DNA of 64,000 nt, taken from positions 280,479-344,478 of the forward strand of contig JAQUPL010000001.1 of assembly GCA_028716565.1 (NCBI GenBank), in the 5' to 3' direction. Position numbers and translations under genes: made by a program. The notes under the pieces are model-generated. The model saw nothing but the letters and a program-made list of their open reading frames with translations, was not told the origin of the DNA and did no database searches. Below are positions 20,733-30,846 of the stretch, in pieces. Source of the DNA: Candidatus Omnitrophota bacterium. Lineage in GTDB: Bacteria > Omnitrophota > Gorgyraeia > Pluralincolimonadales > Pluralincolimonadaceae. Numbering within the stretch: the first letter of the stretch is position 1; every line of letters begins with the position of its first letter.

Positions 20733-21326
20733 ATGGGTGAGACTATAAGGGTTTTCATAGCGATAGAGATTCCTCCAGAGGCGCGCGATGAACTCATCTC
20801 AGTCCAGGCAACGCTCAAAAGATCCGGCGCCGATGTTAAGTGGGTCGAACCGGAGAATATCCACCTCTCACTCCGGTTCATCGGGGACGTAGGGCCGGAT
20901 AAGGCGGAGGAGATAAAAAACCAGCTTGCCGTCGTCGCTTCCGCTTCCAAAGCATTTGAACTCACGATAAAAGGCATAGGAGCATTCCCCGACCTTGACC
21001 ATCCCGGGGTCATATGGGCAGGCGTGGACCGGGGGGCCGCCGAATCGGCGCGGATCGCGGATGACCTGGAGGCTAAATTACGCGCCATAGGCATCGCCGG
21101 GGAAGAGAGGGAATTTCATCCTCACATAACGCTTGGGAGGGTCCGTAGCGGGAGGAACGGCGACAAATTGCGCGGGCTTGTCGAAACGGTCGGGTTTGAG
21201 GCTGGCCCGGCGATAAAAGCGGAATACCTTACGCTCTTCATGAGCCGGCTGACGCCACAGGGCTCTGTTTATACCGCGCTTTTGAAGGCCAAGATGGCTA
21301 TAAGCCGGACCGAGAGGTTCGCGTAG
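20733..21326 (+). CDS. thpR: RNA 2',3'-cyclic phosphodiesterase (2H phosphoesterase, ThpR/LigT)
   Basis: Two H-x-[ST]-x motifs (HLSLRF, HITLGR); likely start at the second ATG (MGETIRVF), because the first ATG at 20715 lies inside the promoter spacer. Confidence 0.8.
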   Translation: MGETIRVFIAIEIPPEARDELISVQATLKRSGADVKWVEPENIHLSLRFIGDVGPDKAEEIKNQLAVVASASKAFELTIKGIGAFPDLDHPGVIWAGVDRGAAESARIADDLEAKLRAIGIAGEEREFHPHITLGRVRSGRNGDKLRGLVETVGFEAGPAIKAEYLTLFMSRLTPQGSVYTALLKAKMAISRTERFA

Positions 21327-21727
21327 GCAGCCGCAACCACATCATCCAGCACCACTCCCCACGGGCTCTCCATTTTTTCTATCCGTTTGATCGGGAAGGG
21401 TTTCGTTATGTCGAATACCCTGAACAATACGAAAGCAAGGGCGATCAACTCCGGCCTCATCGGTATGAACAGGAGCGCTATCATCATCCCTATCGCCTCG
21501 TCAATTACTATCCTCCTCGAATCCTTTTTTCCGAAGAGCTCCTCCGCGCCCCTTATAACCAGAAGCGCCGCCGCCGTCAATACCGATAAGGTTATGAACG
21601 TGACCGGAAGGCTGTAATTCACAAGAAGGAAAAGCAGCAGGCCGCACACAGAACCGGCCGTACCGGATACCTTGGGGATATAGCCCGCGTAGAAACACGT
21701 GCTCACAAGCCTGATGACGGTCTTCAA
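21269..21727 (-). CDS. pgpA: Phosphatidylglycerophosphatase A
   Basis: 152 aa; PgpA family membrane protein; 3' end overlaps convergent thpR by 58 nt. Confidence 0.8.
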   Translation of the reverse strand: MKTVIRLVSTCFYAGYIPKVSGTAGSVCGLLLFLLVNYSLPVTFITLSVLTAAALLVIRGAEELFGKKDSRRIVIDEAIGMMIALLFIPMRPELIALAFVLFRVFDITKPFPIKRIEKMESPWGVVLDDVVAAAYANLSVRLIAILAFKSAV

Positions 21728-22296
21728 TTGAACAGCTTCCTGTTCTTTATGAAAAAGGATATCCCGGACGTAAGCGTAAGCGCGACGGTAATGAGCATGA
21801 CGAAGAATATCAGGTTAAGGAGCCACTTCTCGGTATCGACATTCCAGAAAGCGAGGGAAGTTCCGGCGTCCTTGAACATCAAGAATATGAGTATCATCGA
21901 TACGGCTATCATCTGCGAGACGGTCTTGTGCTTTCCCGCTTCTTCCGCCTCGATGACTTTCCCCCTTGTAAGTGCGGCGATCCTCAACCCGGTGACCGTA
22001 ACTTCCCTTGCCATTATTACCACTACCGTCCACGCCGGGATGAGCTCAAGCTCGACGAAAGCCAGGAAAGCCGACAGGACGAGGATCTTGTCGGCTATCG
22101 GGTCCATCAATTTCCCGAAATCGGTTATCTTGTTTTCTTTCCGGGCAAAATACCCGTCGAAATAATCGGTAAGGGATGCAGCCGCGAAGGTAAAGAATGC
22201 GAAATATTTCGCGCCCTGCCATTTGGCAAAAAGGAAATACATAAGGACGAAAGCCAGGAATATCCTGGAGATAGTTAGTTTGTTCGAAAGGTTCAT
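21724..22296 (-). CDS. pgsA: CDP-diacylglycerol--glycerol-3-phosphate 3-phosphatidyltransferase
   Basis: 190 aa; CDP-alcohol phosphatidyltransferase motif D-G-x2-A-R...G-x3-D-x3-D. Confidence 0.85.
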   Translation of the reverse strand: MNLSNKLTISRIFLAFVLMYFLFAKWQGAKYFAFFTFAAASLTDYFDGYFARKENKITDFGKLMDPIADKILVLSAFLAFVELELIPAWTVVVIMAREVTVTGLRIAALTRGKVIEAEEAGKHKTVSQMIAVSMILIFLMFKDAGTSLAFWNVDTEKWLLNLIFFVMLITVALTLTSGISFFIKNRKLFN

Positions 22297-23633
22297 TTAG
22301 CCAGTTCTTTCTCGCTGATCAGATCATATTCCAGAGCGCCCGTTATCCTCGCGGTCGCGAAATCCCCTACCCTGATGCCGGGACCATTTATGTATACCCC
22401 CCCGTCGATCTCCGGGGCATCCATATATGTCCGGCCCAGGTAATGCTTTCCGCCGGAGGCCTCCTTTTCGTCGATAAGGACCTCAAACCTGCGGCCTATG
22501 CATCTTTTGTTATTATCCGAAGAGATGCGGCGCTGTGCCTTCATCAACTCGTTCCACCGCGCTAATTTTTCTTTTTCGGGTATACGGCCATTCGAACCCG
22601 CTGCAGGAGTCCCCTCTTCCGCCGAATACACAAAAGCACCGAGCCGCTCAAATCTTGTCTCTTTAACAAAATCGAGAAGTTCTTTGAATTCCTTATCCGT
22701 CTCGCCCGGAAAACCCGCGATGACGGCGGTACGGATGGCTATCCCCGGGATGCGCCCGCGCAATCTTGCGATCAGGCCCCTGATCGACGCGCTTGACGTC
22801 CCCCTCCTCATCGCCTTAAGTATCCTGTCATTGATATGCTGGACAGGCAAGTCGATATATTTGCATATCCTTTCCTCGCCGGCTATGACCGAGATCAACC
22901 CGTCATTTAAATGTGCCGGATGCGCGTACATGAGCCGCATCCACCGCGCCCCTTTGAGCCGCGCGAGCCTTTTAAGCAATTCCGCAAGCGCGGGCCGGCG
23001 GTAAAGGTCGACGCCGTAGAGGGTGGTATCCTGCCCTATCAGATTTATCTCTTTTACACCCCTGCCTATAAGGTCCTGTGCCTCGGCGACGATCGATCCC
23101 ATACCTCGGCTCCTGTGCCTGCCGCGTATCTTAGGTATGACACAGAAGGAGCATTTATGCGAACAGCCCTCGGAGATCTTTATGTAGGCGAAATGCCTTG
23201 GGGTAAGAGCCTGCCTGGGCGTTTTCCAGTCATAGAGGTATACGGGGTTACGTGTGACGCTGTAGATCCTCTTCCCGTCCATGATATCATTTATGATCCC
23301 GGGAAGCCTTGCGAAACCCTCGACGCCTATGAAACCGTCTATCTCGCCCATCTCTTTTTGCAGCGCCTTGCCGTATCTTTGCGGGAGGCAGCCCGCGACA
23401 AGTATCCCCTTTATTTTTCCGGAGTTCTTGAATTCGATGAGGTCGAGGATGGTCTCGATAGATTCTTTTTTGGCGTCTTCTATAAAAGAACAGGTATTGA
23501 CTATTACTATATCCGCGCCGCGGGGGGATGCCGTTACCGCGAACCCGGAATCTTTAAGCGTGCCTAAAATTATCTCGGAATCTACCAGGTTCCTCGCGCA
23601 GCCCAATGAGATAAGCGATATCTTGGTCGGCAT
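22293..23633 (-). CDS. rimO: Ribosomal protein S12 methylthiotransferase (radical SAM, MTTase N domain plus TRAM)
   Basis: 446 aa; ISLGCARNLVDSE N-terminus, CSHKCSFC radical SAM cluster, C-terminal TRAM domain. Confidence 0.85.
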   Translation of the reverse strand: MPTKISLISLGCARNLVDSEIILGTLKDSGFAVTASPRGADIVIVNTCSFIEDAKKESIETILDLIEFKNSGKIKGILVAGCLPQRYGKALQKEMGEIDGFIGVEGFARLPGIINDIMDGKRIYSVTRNPVYLYDWKTPRQALTPRHFAYIKISEGCSHKCSFCVIPKIRGRHRSRGMGSIVAEAQDLIGRGVKEINLIGQDTTLYGVDLYRRPALAELLKRLARLKGARWMRLMYAHPAHLNDGLISVIAGEERICKYIDLPVQHINDRILKAMRRGTSSASIRGLIARLRGRIPGIAIRTAVIAGFPGETDKEFKELLDFVKETRFERLGAFVYSAEEGTPAAGSNGRIPEKEKLARWNELMKAQRRISSDNNKRCIGRRFEVLIDEKEASGGKHYLGRTYMDAPEIDGGVYINGPGIRVGDFATARITGALEYDLISEKELAK

Positions 23634-23644
23634 TTAGGATAGCG

Positions 23645-24394
23645 CTACTTGTGTAATCTCAGGCCTTTTATCACGCCTTTTCCCAACGGGGCCAGGGGTG
23701 TCCCGTTCATATCCGCTGTCAGCGCCTCGCCCTTGCTGGCTGAGACCTCGAAAGATTCCTTCGCCTCCCATTTCTCGCTCGATCCCTTCTTCAGGATGCC
23801 GTCGTATACGACGCTGCCGTCGACCCTTAACTTCAAATATACGTCAGCGCGCGCCTTAAGCGAGAGCATGAGGTTTTCGCCTTTCGGTATCCGCAGGGCC
23901 TGCGCTGCCGCGGCCTTAGGCGCCGGCTTAGCCGCCGGTTTCGGCTTTACCGACACTACAACCTTATTTTCGGCCTTAGGCCTTGATTTGAAGAACGCGA
24001 TCGTCTTTGAGCCTGCAATGCCTATAAATTTAACGGTGAAGAAGATGACCAGCACGGCTATCGCTGCATAGATCATCTTTTTGAAGGGGAATTTGATTCC
24101 TGCGGGCGCCGTACCCCACCTATCATCCTTATTAAGGACAGAGATCTGCTCCTTGAACGCGGGCTTCTCCCCGGTAAAGCTCTCGGCCAGAGATGCGCCG
24201 TCAAGCCCCAGGTAATCGGCGTATTTCTTGATAAAGCTCTTTATATAGACCGGGCCTGATATAAATTCCTGCGCCCTGTCCGCCTCGATGGCGCTTAAGA
24301 TCTTCCCGCTTATGCGGGTTTCTTTTTGCGCCTCATCGATCGATATCCCTTTTGATTCCCGCGCGTCCTTTATTCTCGACCCGATTGATTCCAT
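23645..24394 (-). CDS. rodZ: RodZ-like cytoskeleton protein (XRE HTH, TM helix, C-terminal domain)
   Basis: 249 aa; N-terminal HTH, single TM segment, Ala/Pro/Lys-rich linker. Confidence 0.65.
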   Translation of the reverse strand: MESIGSRIKDARESKGISIDEAQKETRISGKILSAIEADRAQEFISGPVYIKSFIKKYADYLGLDGASLAESFTGEKPAFKEQISVLNKDDRWGTAPAGIKFPFKKMIYAAIAVLVIFFTVKFIGIAGSKTIAFFKSRPKAENKVVVSVKPKPAAKPAPKAAAAQALRIPKGENLMLSLKARADVYLKLRVDGSVVYDGILKKGSSEKWEAKESFEVSASKGEALTADMNGTPLAPLGKGVIKGLRLHK

Positions 24395-26661
24395 TTCGCT
24401 TTTACCGCCTCCATGGTATCTATCAGTATATCACGGGGTTTCGAACCGTTATAAGGACCGACTATCCCTTCGGCTTCCATTGTGTCTACGAGGCGCGCGG
24501 CCCTTGTGTAGCCGAGCCCGAGACGGCGCTGGAGCATCGAGACCGAAGCCTGTTTGGTCTCCAACACCATCCTTACCGCTTCCTCGTACATCTCGTCCTT
24601 CTCGTATGTCTTGCCGTGGGATTTCTTTTCTTGTTCTTTCTGTATCTCTTCGTCGTATTCGGCCGTCCTCTGTTCCTTTATAAAACTTATGACCCTCTCT
24701 ATCTCCCTGTCCTTGACAAGGCATGCCTGCGCGCGGGTCGGCTTCGCGTCTCCGGGGCGCATAAAAAGCATATCGCCTTTACCGAGCAGTTTATCCGCAC
24801 CGTTCATGTCGAGGACGGTCCGCGAGTCGACCTTAGAGGCGACCTTGAAGGATATCCTTGCCGGGAAATTGGCTTTGATGACGCCGGTCACGACGTCGAC
24901 CGAAGGCCTTTGCGTCGCGAGTATTATATGTATGCCCACCGCGCGGGAGAGCTGGGATAACCTTGTTATTGCGTTCTCAACCTCCTGCGGCGCGACGAGC
25001 ATAAGGTCGGCCAGCTCATCGATTATCACCACTATATAAGGAAGGACTTCCGGCACTTCCTCCTGGTCCTTGAATTCGCCCTTGCTTAATTTTTCGTGGA
25101 AGAACTCGATATTCCTTACCGCCAGGCGCGCGAAGAGCCTGTAGCGCGAATCCATCTCGCTGACGACCCAGTTCAGGGCGCCGGAGACCTTCTTATGGTC
25201 GGTCACGACTGGGCACAAGAGATGCGGAAGGCCGTTGAACATCGCCAGCTCGACCATCTTCGGGTCGACCATCAGGAATTTCACTTCATCGGGAGAGGCG
25301 TTAAAGAGCATGGAACTTATTATGGAATTGACGCAGACAGTCTTGCCGGAACCGGTCGTTCCGGCGATCAACATATGCGGCATCTCGCCGAGGTCTGCGA
25401 CGACAGGCGTCCCGGCAATATCCTTGCCCAGAGCGAGAGTAAGCTTGGATTTCGAATTCTGAAATTCGGATGACTGCAGTATCTCTTTGAGGTATACGAG
25501 CGAACTCGAGGAGTTCGGTACCTCAACGCCCACCCTCGCCTTTCCCGGGATAGGTGCCACTATCCTCACGCTCTGCGCCTTCATAGCCAGGGCAATATCG
25601 TCGGAGAGGCTCGTTATCTTCGTTACTTTTACGCCGGGCGCGGGCTCCAGCTCGTACCTGGTAATGACAGGGCCGCGCTCTACGGCCGTGATCTTTACCT
25701 CGATCCCGAAATCCGCCAGGGTCTCTTCGAGCACCTTGGCGCTCGCGTCCAGGTCGTCGCTTATCTTACGCTCTTCGAGCGGGGGCGGCGAATCAAGCAG
25801 GCTCATATCCGGCAGTTTATAATCACCTATGACCTGCTTAACCACCTTTACCTGGACCGGCTTCGGCTCTTCCTTCTTGATTATCTTTTTGATATCTATT
25901 ATTGTGGTGCGTTCCCCTGCGGGGACCTTGCCCTGCTCTCGCAGGACCTTGGGTTCTTCCTTGGCGGCCTTCGCTCCATTGATCGCCGCTTTCTCTTTTA
26001 TCTCCTTGCCCTTGGCTATATCAGCCTTTATCTGCTCAAAACTTCTCCTTAAAGGCGATTGGGCTTCGGCTTTCTCGAACCGTTTCTCTTTCGCCTGTCC
26101 CGGTTTCTTCTTGAAGACGATCGAGATGAGCTTCGAGACCGCGCTTGCGAGGGACATCACGATGGGAAATATAAGCAGCTCGGTCGCGAGGAGAATCGAT
26201 AAAGCGCCGAGGACTATAACCATCACCCACGCGCCTACCGGTCCGAGATATCTCACGAAAAAGTTAGAGGAGAAGAGGCCGAGCAGGCCGCCCCAATGGA
26301 CCTTGACCGCGTCGTTCTGGGGCGAAGAGGCGAGGCTCAATAAGGCGCTGCAAGCTATAAAAAGAAATAAGGTCCCGAGCAGCTTGAAATAAAACTTCTG
26401 CGGGACCTTATTTAAAAATTTGCCGAGCGACCATGTCAGCGTCAGCGCGGGTACTATATAAGCGCTGAACCCTGCCAGGGAGAAGAGTGCAAACGCGACT
26501 AACGCACCGAATATGCCGACATAGTTGTGGGTATATACGTTCGGATTAGACGTCAAAAACCAGAGGTCGTTCGGGTCATAGCTAACAAGGCTGACGAAGA
26601 CAAGGACAGATAAGGCAAAGAGAAGAACGCCCCAAATCTCGTTTTTCCTCTCCTGCTTCAC
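24370..26661 (-). CDS. ftsK: DNA translocase FtsK
   Basis: 763 aa; N-terminal TM helices, FtsK/SpoIIIE ATPase with GTTGSGKT Walker A, C-terminal gamma domain. Confidence 0.9.
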   Translation of the reverse strand: MKQERKNEIWGVLLFALSVLVFVSLVSYDPNDLWFLTSNPNVYTHNYVGIFGALVAFALFSLAGFSAYIVPALTLTWSLGKFLNKVPQKFYFKLLGTLFLFIACSALLSLASSPQNDAVKVHWGGLLGLFSSNFFVRYLGPVGAWVMVIVLGALSILLATELLIFPIVMSLASAVSKLISIVFKKKPGQAKEKRFEKAEAQSPLRRSFEQIKADIAKGKEIKEKAAINGAKAAKEEPKVLREQGKVPAGERTTIIDIKKIIKKEEPKPVQVKVVKQVIGDYKLPDMSLLDSPPPLEERKISDDLDASAKVLEETLADFGIEVKITAVERGPVITRYELEPAPGVKVTKITSLSDDIALAMKAQSVRIVAPIPGKARVGVEVPNSSSSLVYLKEILQSSEFQNSKSKLTLALGKDIAGTPVVADLGEMPHMLIAGTTGSGKTVCVNSIISSMLFNASPDEVKFLMVDPKMVELAMFNGLPHLLCPVVTDHKKVSGALNWVVSEMDSRYRLFARLAVRNIEFFHEKLSKGEFKDQEEVPEVLPYIVVIIDELADLMLVAPQEVENAITRLSQLSRAVGIHIILATQRPSVDVVTGVIKANFPARISFKVASKVDSRTVLDMNGADKLLGKGDMLFMRPGDAKPTRAQACLVKDREIERVISFIKEQRTAEYDEEIQKEQEKKSHGKTYEKDEMYEEAVRMVLETKQASVSMLQRRLGLGYTRAARLVDTMEAEGIVGPYNGSKPRDILIDTMEAVKAKWNQSGRE

Positions 26662-28844
26662 TTCTTATGATATCTCCTTTCGCCTCTTCCTTCCCCGTGC
26701 CCTCTCGATTCCCTCGGCTCGCGGGGTTCCCTGGGTTTTTCTTCCCCGGGAACGTAACCCGGCATGGCCTGCTTCCTGCTGAGGTTAAGCCTGTTCTGGT
26801 CGTCTATCTCCATGAGCTTTACCGGAAATTCATCGCCGAGTTTTACGACATCCTCGACGTTCTTGACGTACTGGTCCGACATCTCCGAGACGTGGACGAG
26901 GCCTTCCTGCCCGGGCAGTATCTCTACGAACGCGCCGAAAGGCATTATCCTCTTGACCTTGCCGTTATATATCTTGCCGACTTCCGGCATCTGGGTCAGG
27001 CTATTTATGATATCCAGCGCTTTCTGCAGCGCCTCACCGTCGGCTGATGCGACGTTCACCGTGCCGTCATCCTCTATATCAATCGTAACGCCGGTGTCCT
27101 CTATTATCTTGCGTATGACCTTGCCTCCCGGCCCTATGACATCCCTGATCTTGTCAGGGTTGATCTTGAAGGAGACGATGCGAGGCGCGTATTTTGAAAG
27201 CTCTGTTCTCGGCCCGGCAAGCGCCTGTTTTATCTTCTCAAGAATGATCATCCTCGCCTCTCTCGCCTGCTCGAGAGATTGTTTCACTATCTCTAGGTCT
27301 ATACCGTCTATCTTCAGGTCCATTTGTACGGCGGTAACGCCCTTCTCTGTGCCGGTGACCTTAAAATCCATATCGCCGAAATGGTCCTCGAGACCGGCAA
27401 TGTCCGTAAGGATCACGAAATTTTTGCCTTCCTTGACCAATCCGATTGCGATACCGCTGACAGGCGCCTTTATCGGGACACCCGCGTCCATCAAAGAGAG
27501 TGTACCGGCGCATACGGTCGCCATCGAGGAGGAACCGTTAGATTCCAGCACCTCGGAGACAACCCTTACCGTATAAGGGAATTCCTCTTTCGAGGGCATT
27601 ATCGGTTTCAGGCCCCTTTCAGCCAAGGCCCCGTGCCCGATCTCGCGGCGTCCGGGTCCCCTTACCGGTTTTACCTCACCGACCGAGAACGGCGGGAAGC
27701 TGTAATGCAGCATGAACGATTTTGACGACTCGCCTTCGAGCGCGTCTATCGTCTGCTCGTCTGCAGACGTTCCGAGCGTGGTTACTGCAAGGCTCTGCGT
27801 CTGGCCCCTGGTAAATAATGCCGAACCGTGCGTCCTCGGGAGCACCCCCACTTCGCAGGTTATCTGGCGTATATCCTTAAATCCGCGGCCGTCCACCCTC
27901 TTTTTCTCCTGCAGGATGGTGCGCCTGACCTCCTCTTTCTCTACTTTTACCAAGGCACTCTTTACCTCCGCCTCGGTCAATTCGGAGCCCTCGACCACAA
28001 GCTGCGAGATAAGGTCCTTGGCTATCATGGACATCATCTCCTCTCTCTCTTCTTTGGTGGCCTTATTCTCGACTTCCTTTATCTTGCCCAGAGATAGATC
28101 CTTGACCTTCTTGTACAGCCCTTCGTCTATCTTCTTTATCGTATAATCCGTCCCCTTCGGACTGCCGCATTCGGCCTTCATCTTTTCCTGCAGTTCTATC
28201 GAAGCGATGAGGCTCTTGTGCCCGAACTCGATGGCTTTCAAAACTACGTCTTCCGGCAATTCGTTCATCCCGGATTCTATCATGACGATAGATTCTTTTG
28301 TCCCCACAACAACGATATCCAGGGAACTCTTCTCGAGCTCGGCGAACGTAGGATTGACTATAAATTCTCCCTCTATCATGCCGACCCTCGCGGCGCCGAT
28401 AAAATAATTAAACGGGATATCCGATACGGCAAGCGCGCATGACGCACCGTTAAGCGCCAGTATATCCGGATCGTTCTCCCCGTCGTGCGACAGGACCAAA
28501 GCCATTACCTGGATCTCGTGCGAGATCCCGGCCGGGAAAAGCGGCCTTATCGGCCTGTCTATAAGGCGCGCGGTCAGGACTTCCTTTTCGGATGGCCTGC
28601 CTTCACGCTTAAAAAATCCACCGGGTATTTTTCCGGCGGCATAGTTCTTCTCCTGGTATTCGACGGTAAGGGGGACAAAATCTATGTCGGCGCCCTCCCT
28701 TGGCTGTTTCGATATTACGGCGGTTACCAGGACGACGGTCCCTCCGTATTGCACCATTACGGCGCCGTTCGCCTGTTTGGCCATCCTGCCTGTCTCAAAG
28801 ATCAAATTCTCCCTGCCTAATTTTGTCTCTAATCTTTTACTCAT
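26658..28844 (-). CDS. pnp: Polyribonucleotide nucleotidyltransferase (PNPase)
   Basis: Likely start MSKRLETKLGRENLIFETG; two RNase PH domains, KH and S1 domains, plus a basic Arg/Gly/Glu-rich C-terminal tail. Confidence 0.95.
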   Translation of the reverse strand: MSKRLETKLGRENLIFETGRMAKQANGAVMVQYGGTVVLVTAVISKQPREGADIDFVPLTVEYQEKNYAAGKIPGGFFKREGRPSEKEVLTARLIDRPIRPLFPAGISHEIQVMALVLSHDGENDPDILALNGASCALAVSDIPFNYFIGAARVGMIEGEFIVNPTFAELEKSSLDIVVVGTKESIVMIESGMNELPEDVVLKAIEFGHKSLIASIELQEKMKAECGSPKGTDYTIKKIDEGLYKKVKDLSLGKIKEVENKATKEEREEMMSMIAKDLISQLVVEGSELTEAEVKSALVKVEKEEVRRTILQEKKRVDGRGFKDIRQITCEVGVLPRTHGSALFTRGQTQSLAVTTLGTSADEQTIDALEGESSKSFMLHYSFPPFSVGEVKPVRGPGRREIGHGALAERGLKPIMPSKEEFPYTVRVVSEVLESNGSSSMATVCAGTLSLMDAGVPIKAPVSGIAIGLVKEGKNFVILTDIAGLEDHFGDMDFKVTGTEKGVTAVQMDLKIDGIDLEIVKQSLEQAREARMIILEKIKQALAGPRTELSKYAPRIVSFKINPDKIRDVIGPGGKVIRKIIEDTGVTIDIEDDGTVNVASADGEALQKALDIINSLTQMPEVGKIYNGKVKRIMPFGAFVEILPGQEGLVHVSEMSDQYVKNVEDVVKLGDEFPVKLMEIDDQNRLNLSRKQAMPGYVPGEEKPREPREPRESRGHGEGRGERRYHKK

Positions 28845-28943
28845 TTTCTCTTTCTCTTTTTCTCTTTTCTTTTTATTAAACGTATACAACAAACCGCCTG
28901 CCTTCACCGGGTCCCGGAACACTCTCCGAAAAGGTGAAGGGAC

Positions 28944-29213
28944 TTATTTCCTCAGGTCGAGCCTGTCCAGGATTTTCGTATAAGCCTCGGAACTCTCTCT
29001 CTTGAGGTATTCCAGAAGCTTGCGCCTTTGGCTGACAAGCTTGAGGAGACCCTGGCGGGAATGATGGTCTTTCTTGTGGATTTTGAAGTGGTCGGTCAGC
29101 ATGTTGATCCTCTCCGTGAGGATGGCTATCTGGACCGGAGCCGAGCCTGTATCCTTGTCATTTTGCTTGAAGCTGTTTATCAGGCTCTTTTTCGCTTCTG
29201 TGGTAATCGTCAT
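28944..29213 (-). CDS. rpsO: 30S ribosomal protein S15
   Basis: 89 aa; canonical S15 sequence; rpsO-pnp arrangement. Confidence 0.95.
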   Translation of the reverse strand: MTITTEAKKSLINSFKQNDKDTGSAPVQIAILTERINMLTDHFKIHKKDHHSRQGLLKLVSQRRKLLEYLKRESSEAYTKILDRLDLRK

Positions 29214-29275
29214 TAATTTGTTACCTCCTAATGTGTCAATATAGTATCACAGCAGGCCGGTTTTGTAAAGTATTA

Positions 29276-30163
29276 TTAGCCGGTTTTTAAGATCTTTCTC
29301 GCGAGCTTATCGTCGCGCTTTATCTGGGCGATAAGCGCCTCATGGTCGCGGAATTTACGGACGCCGCGCAGGCGGCTGACGAATTCCACCTCTATATCCT
29401 CGTGATATATGAATTCGTGGAAATCAAAGATATGGACCTCGATGACCGGCTCGGTCTCGCCGAACGTCGACGGTTTTCCGATAAAAAGCGCGCCGCCGTA
29501 TCTCCTGCGCCCGCGGCGGACCCGTACCGCGTAGACCCCGGCCGGCGGTATCGCCTCGTGGTGGGGATCGATATTCGCGGTGGGATACCCGAGGAGCCGT
29601 CCGCGCTTCTTCCCGCTTACGACGGTCCCGTAAATGCTGACCGGCCTTCCCAACATCCGCGCAGCCTCATTTAATTTCCCGTTTATTATATACCTGCGTA
29701 TGGCGGACGAGGAGACGGTCTCGCGCCCTGCCCTGACCATAGGGACTACTTTTACCTCAAAACCGTATTCCCGGCCCAATTCCTTGAGCGCTGCCGCATT
29801 ACCGGTGTTATCTTTCCCGAAGACAAAGTTACTTCCGATGAATACCTTTGAGGTATTGAATCCTGCGGAGAGTACCTTTCCGGCAAAATCCCGCGGAGAA
29901 AGTCTTGAGAATTTCCTGTCGAATTTGAGGACGCAGCACCTGTCCGCGCCGAGCGCGCAGATGAGCCTCAGGCGGTGGGAAGCCGACATTATCGAAGGGA
30001 CGCTTATATGCGGACTTAGGACCTTAAGGGGATGCGGGTCGAATGTCACGATAACGCTTTCCGCCCGCCTCTTTTTGGCTTCGCGTATCGCCGCGCTTAT
30101 TATCCTGCGGTGTCCTATATGGACGCCGTCGAAGATCCCTATGGCGAGGACCGTCTTTTTCAT
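29276..30163 (-). CDS. ribF: Bifunctional riboflavin kinase / FAD synthetase
   Basis: 295 aa; GIFDGVHIGH nucleotidyltransferase motif and C-terminal riboflavin kinase domain. Confidence 0.9.
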   Translation of the reverse strand: MKKTVLAIGIFDGVHIGHRRIISAAIREAKKRRAESVIVTFDPHPLKVLSPHISVPSIMSASHRLRLICALGADRCCVLKFDRKFSRLSPRDFAGKVLSAGFNTSKVFIGSNFVFGKDNTGNAAALKELGREYGFEVKVVPMVRAGRETVSSSAIRRYIINGKLNEAARMLGRPVSIYGTVVSGKKRGRLLGYPTANIDPHHEAIPPAGVYAVRVRRGRRRYGGALFIGKPSTFGETEPVIEVHIFDFHEFIYHEDIEVEFVSRLRGVRKFRDHEALIAQIKRDDKLARKILKTG

Positions 30164-30846
30164 ATTTTAACCAATCGCTCTTCCAATCCGGACCTTGAGA
30201 TCGATTTCAGGCCGGTTATATCAATCGAATCCTTTAATGCGAATTCGCCGGATGCGGTGCGGCGCAGGCCTGAGAGATACCCCCCGCAGCCGAGCCTGTC
30301 GCCTATATCGTCGCACAGCTTCCTTATATATGTCCCCTTTGAGCACCTTACGGTAAAATGGACCAGCGGCAATTCGATCCCGCTTATCCTTAACTCCTTT
30401 ATATTTATATTTCGCGGTTCGCGCGGCACCTCTACGCCTCTCCTTGCGAGCTGATAGAGCCTCTTGCCTTTGATCTGTATCGCGGAGAACATCGGAGGGA
30501 CCTGCCCTGTCTCCCCTTCGAAACCCTTGAATACATCCCGTATCTTCTCCGCGGTTATGTGCGCATAACCGGTTTCGGCCAATACCTTTCCTTCCGCGTC
30601 TCCCGAATCGGTCTTCCTGCCCAGCGTCATTATCGCCTCATATTCCTTGTCGCCGCTCATGAATTTAGAAGAAAGTTTCGTCGCCTTTCCTGTCAGTATT
30701 ACAAGGAGGCCCGTCGCAGCCGGGTCCAGCGTACCCGCGTGCCCCGCCTTTTTTATACCAAAATTGCGCCGTATAAGGTCGATCATATCGTGAGAGGTCA
30801 TGCCTGCGGGCTTATCCACCAGCAGTATGCCGTCCGGGTCAGACAT
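30160..30846 (-). CDS. truB: tRNA pseudouridine(55) synthase
   Basis: GILLVDKPAGMTSHD...GHAGTLDP motif; likely start at the internal MSDPDG (ATG 30844-30846). Confidence 0.9.
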   Translation of the reverse strand: MSDPDGILLVDKPAGMTSHDMIDLIRRNFGIKKAGHAGTLDPAATGLLVILTGKATKLSSKFMSGDKEYEAIMTLGRKTDSGDAEGKVLAETGYAHITAEKIRDVFKGFEGETGQVPPMFSAIQIKGKRLYQLARRGVEVPREPRNINIKELRISGIELPLVHFTVRCSKGTYIRKLCDDIGDRLGCGGYLSGLRRTASGEFALKDSIDITGLKSISRSGLEERLVKI

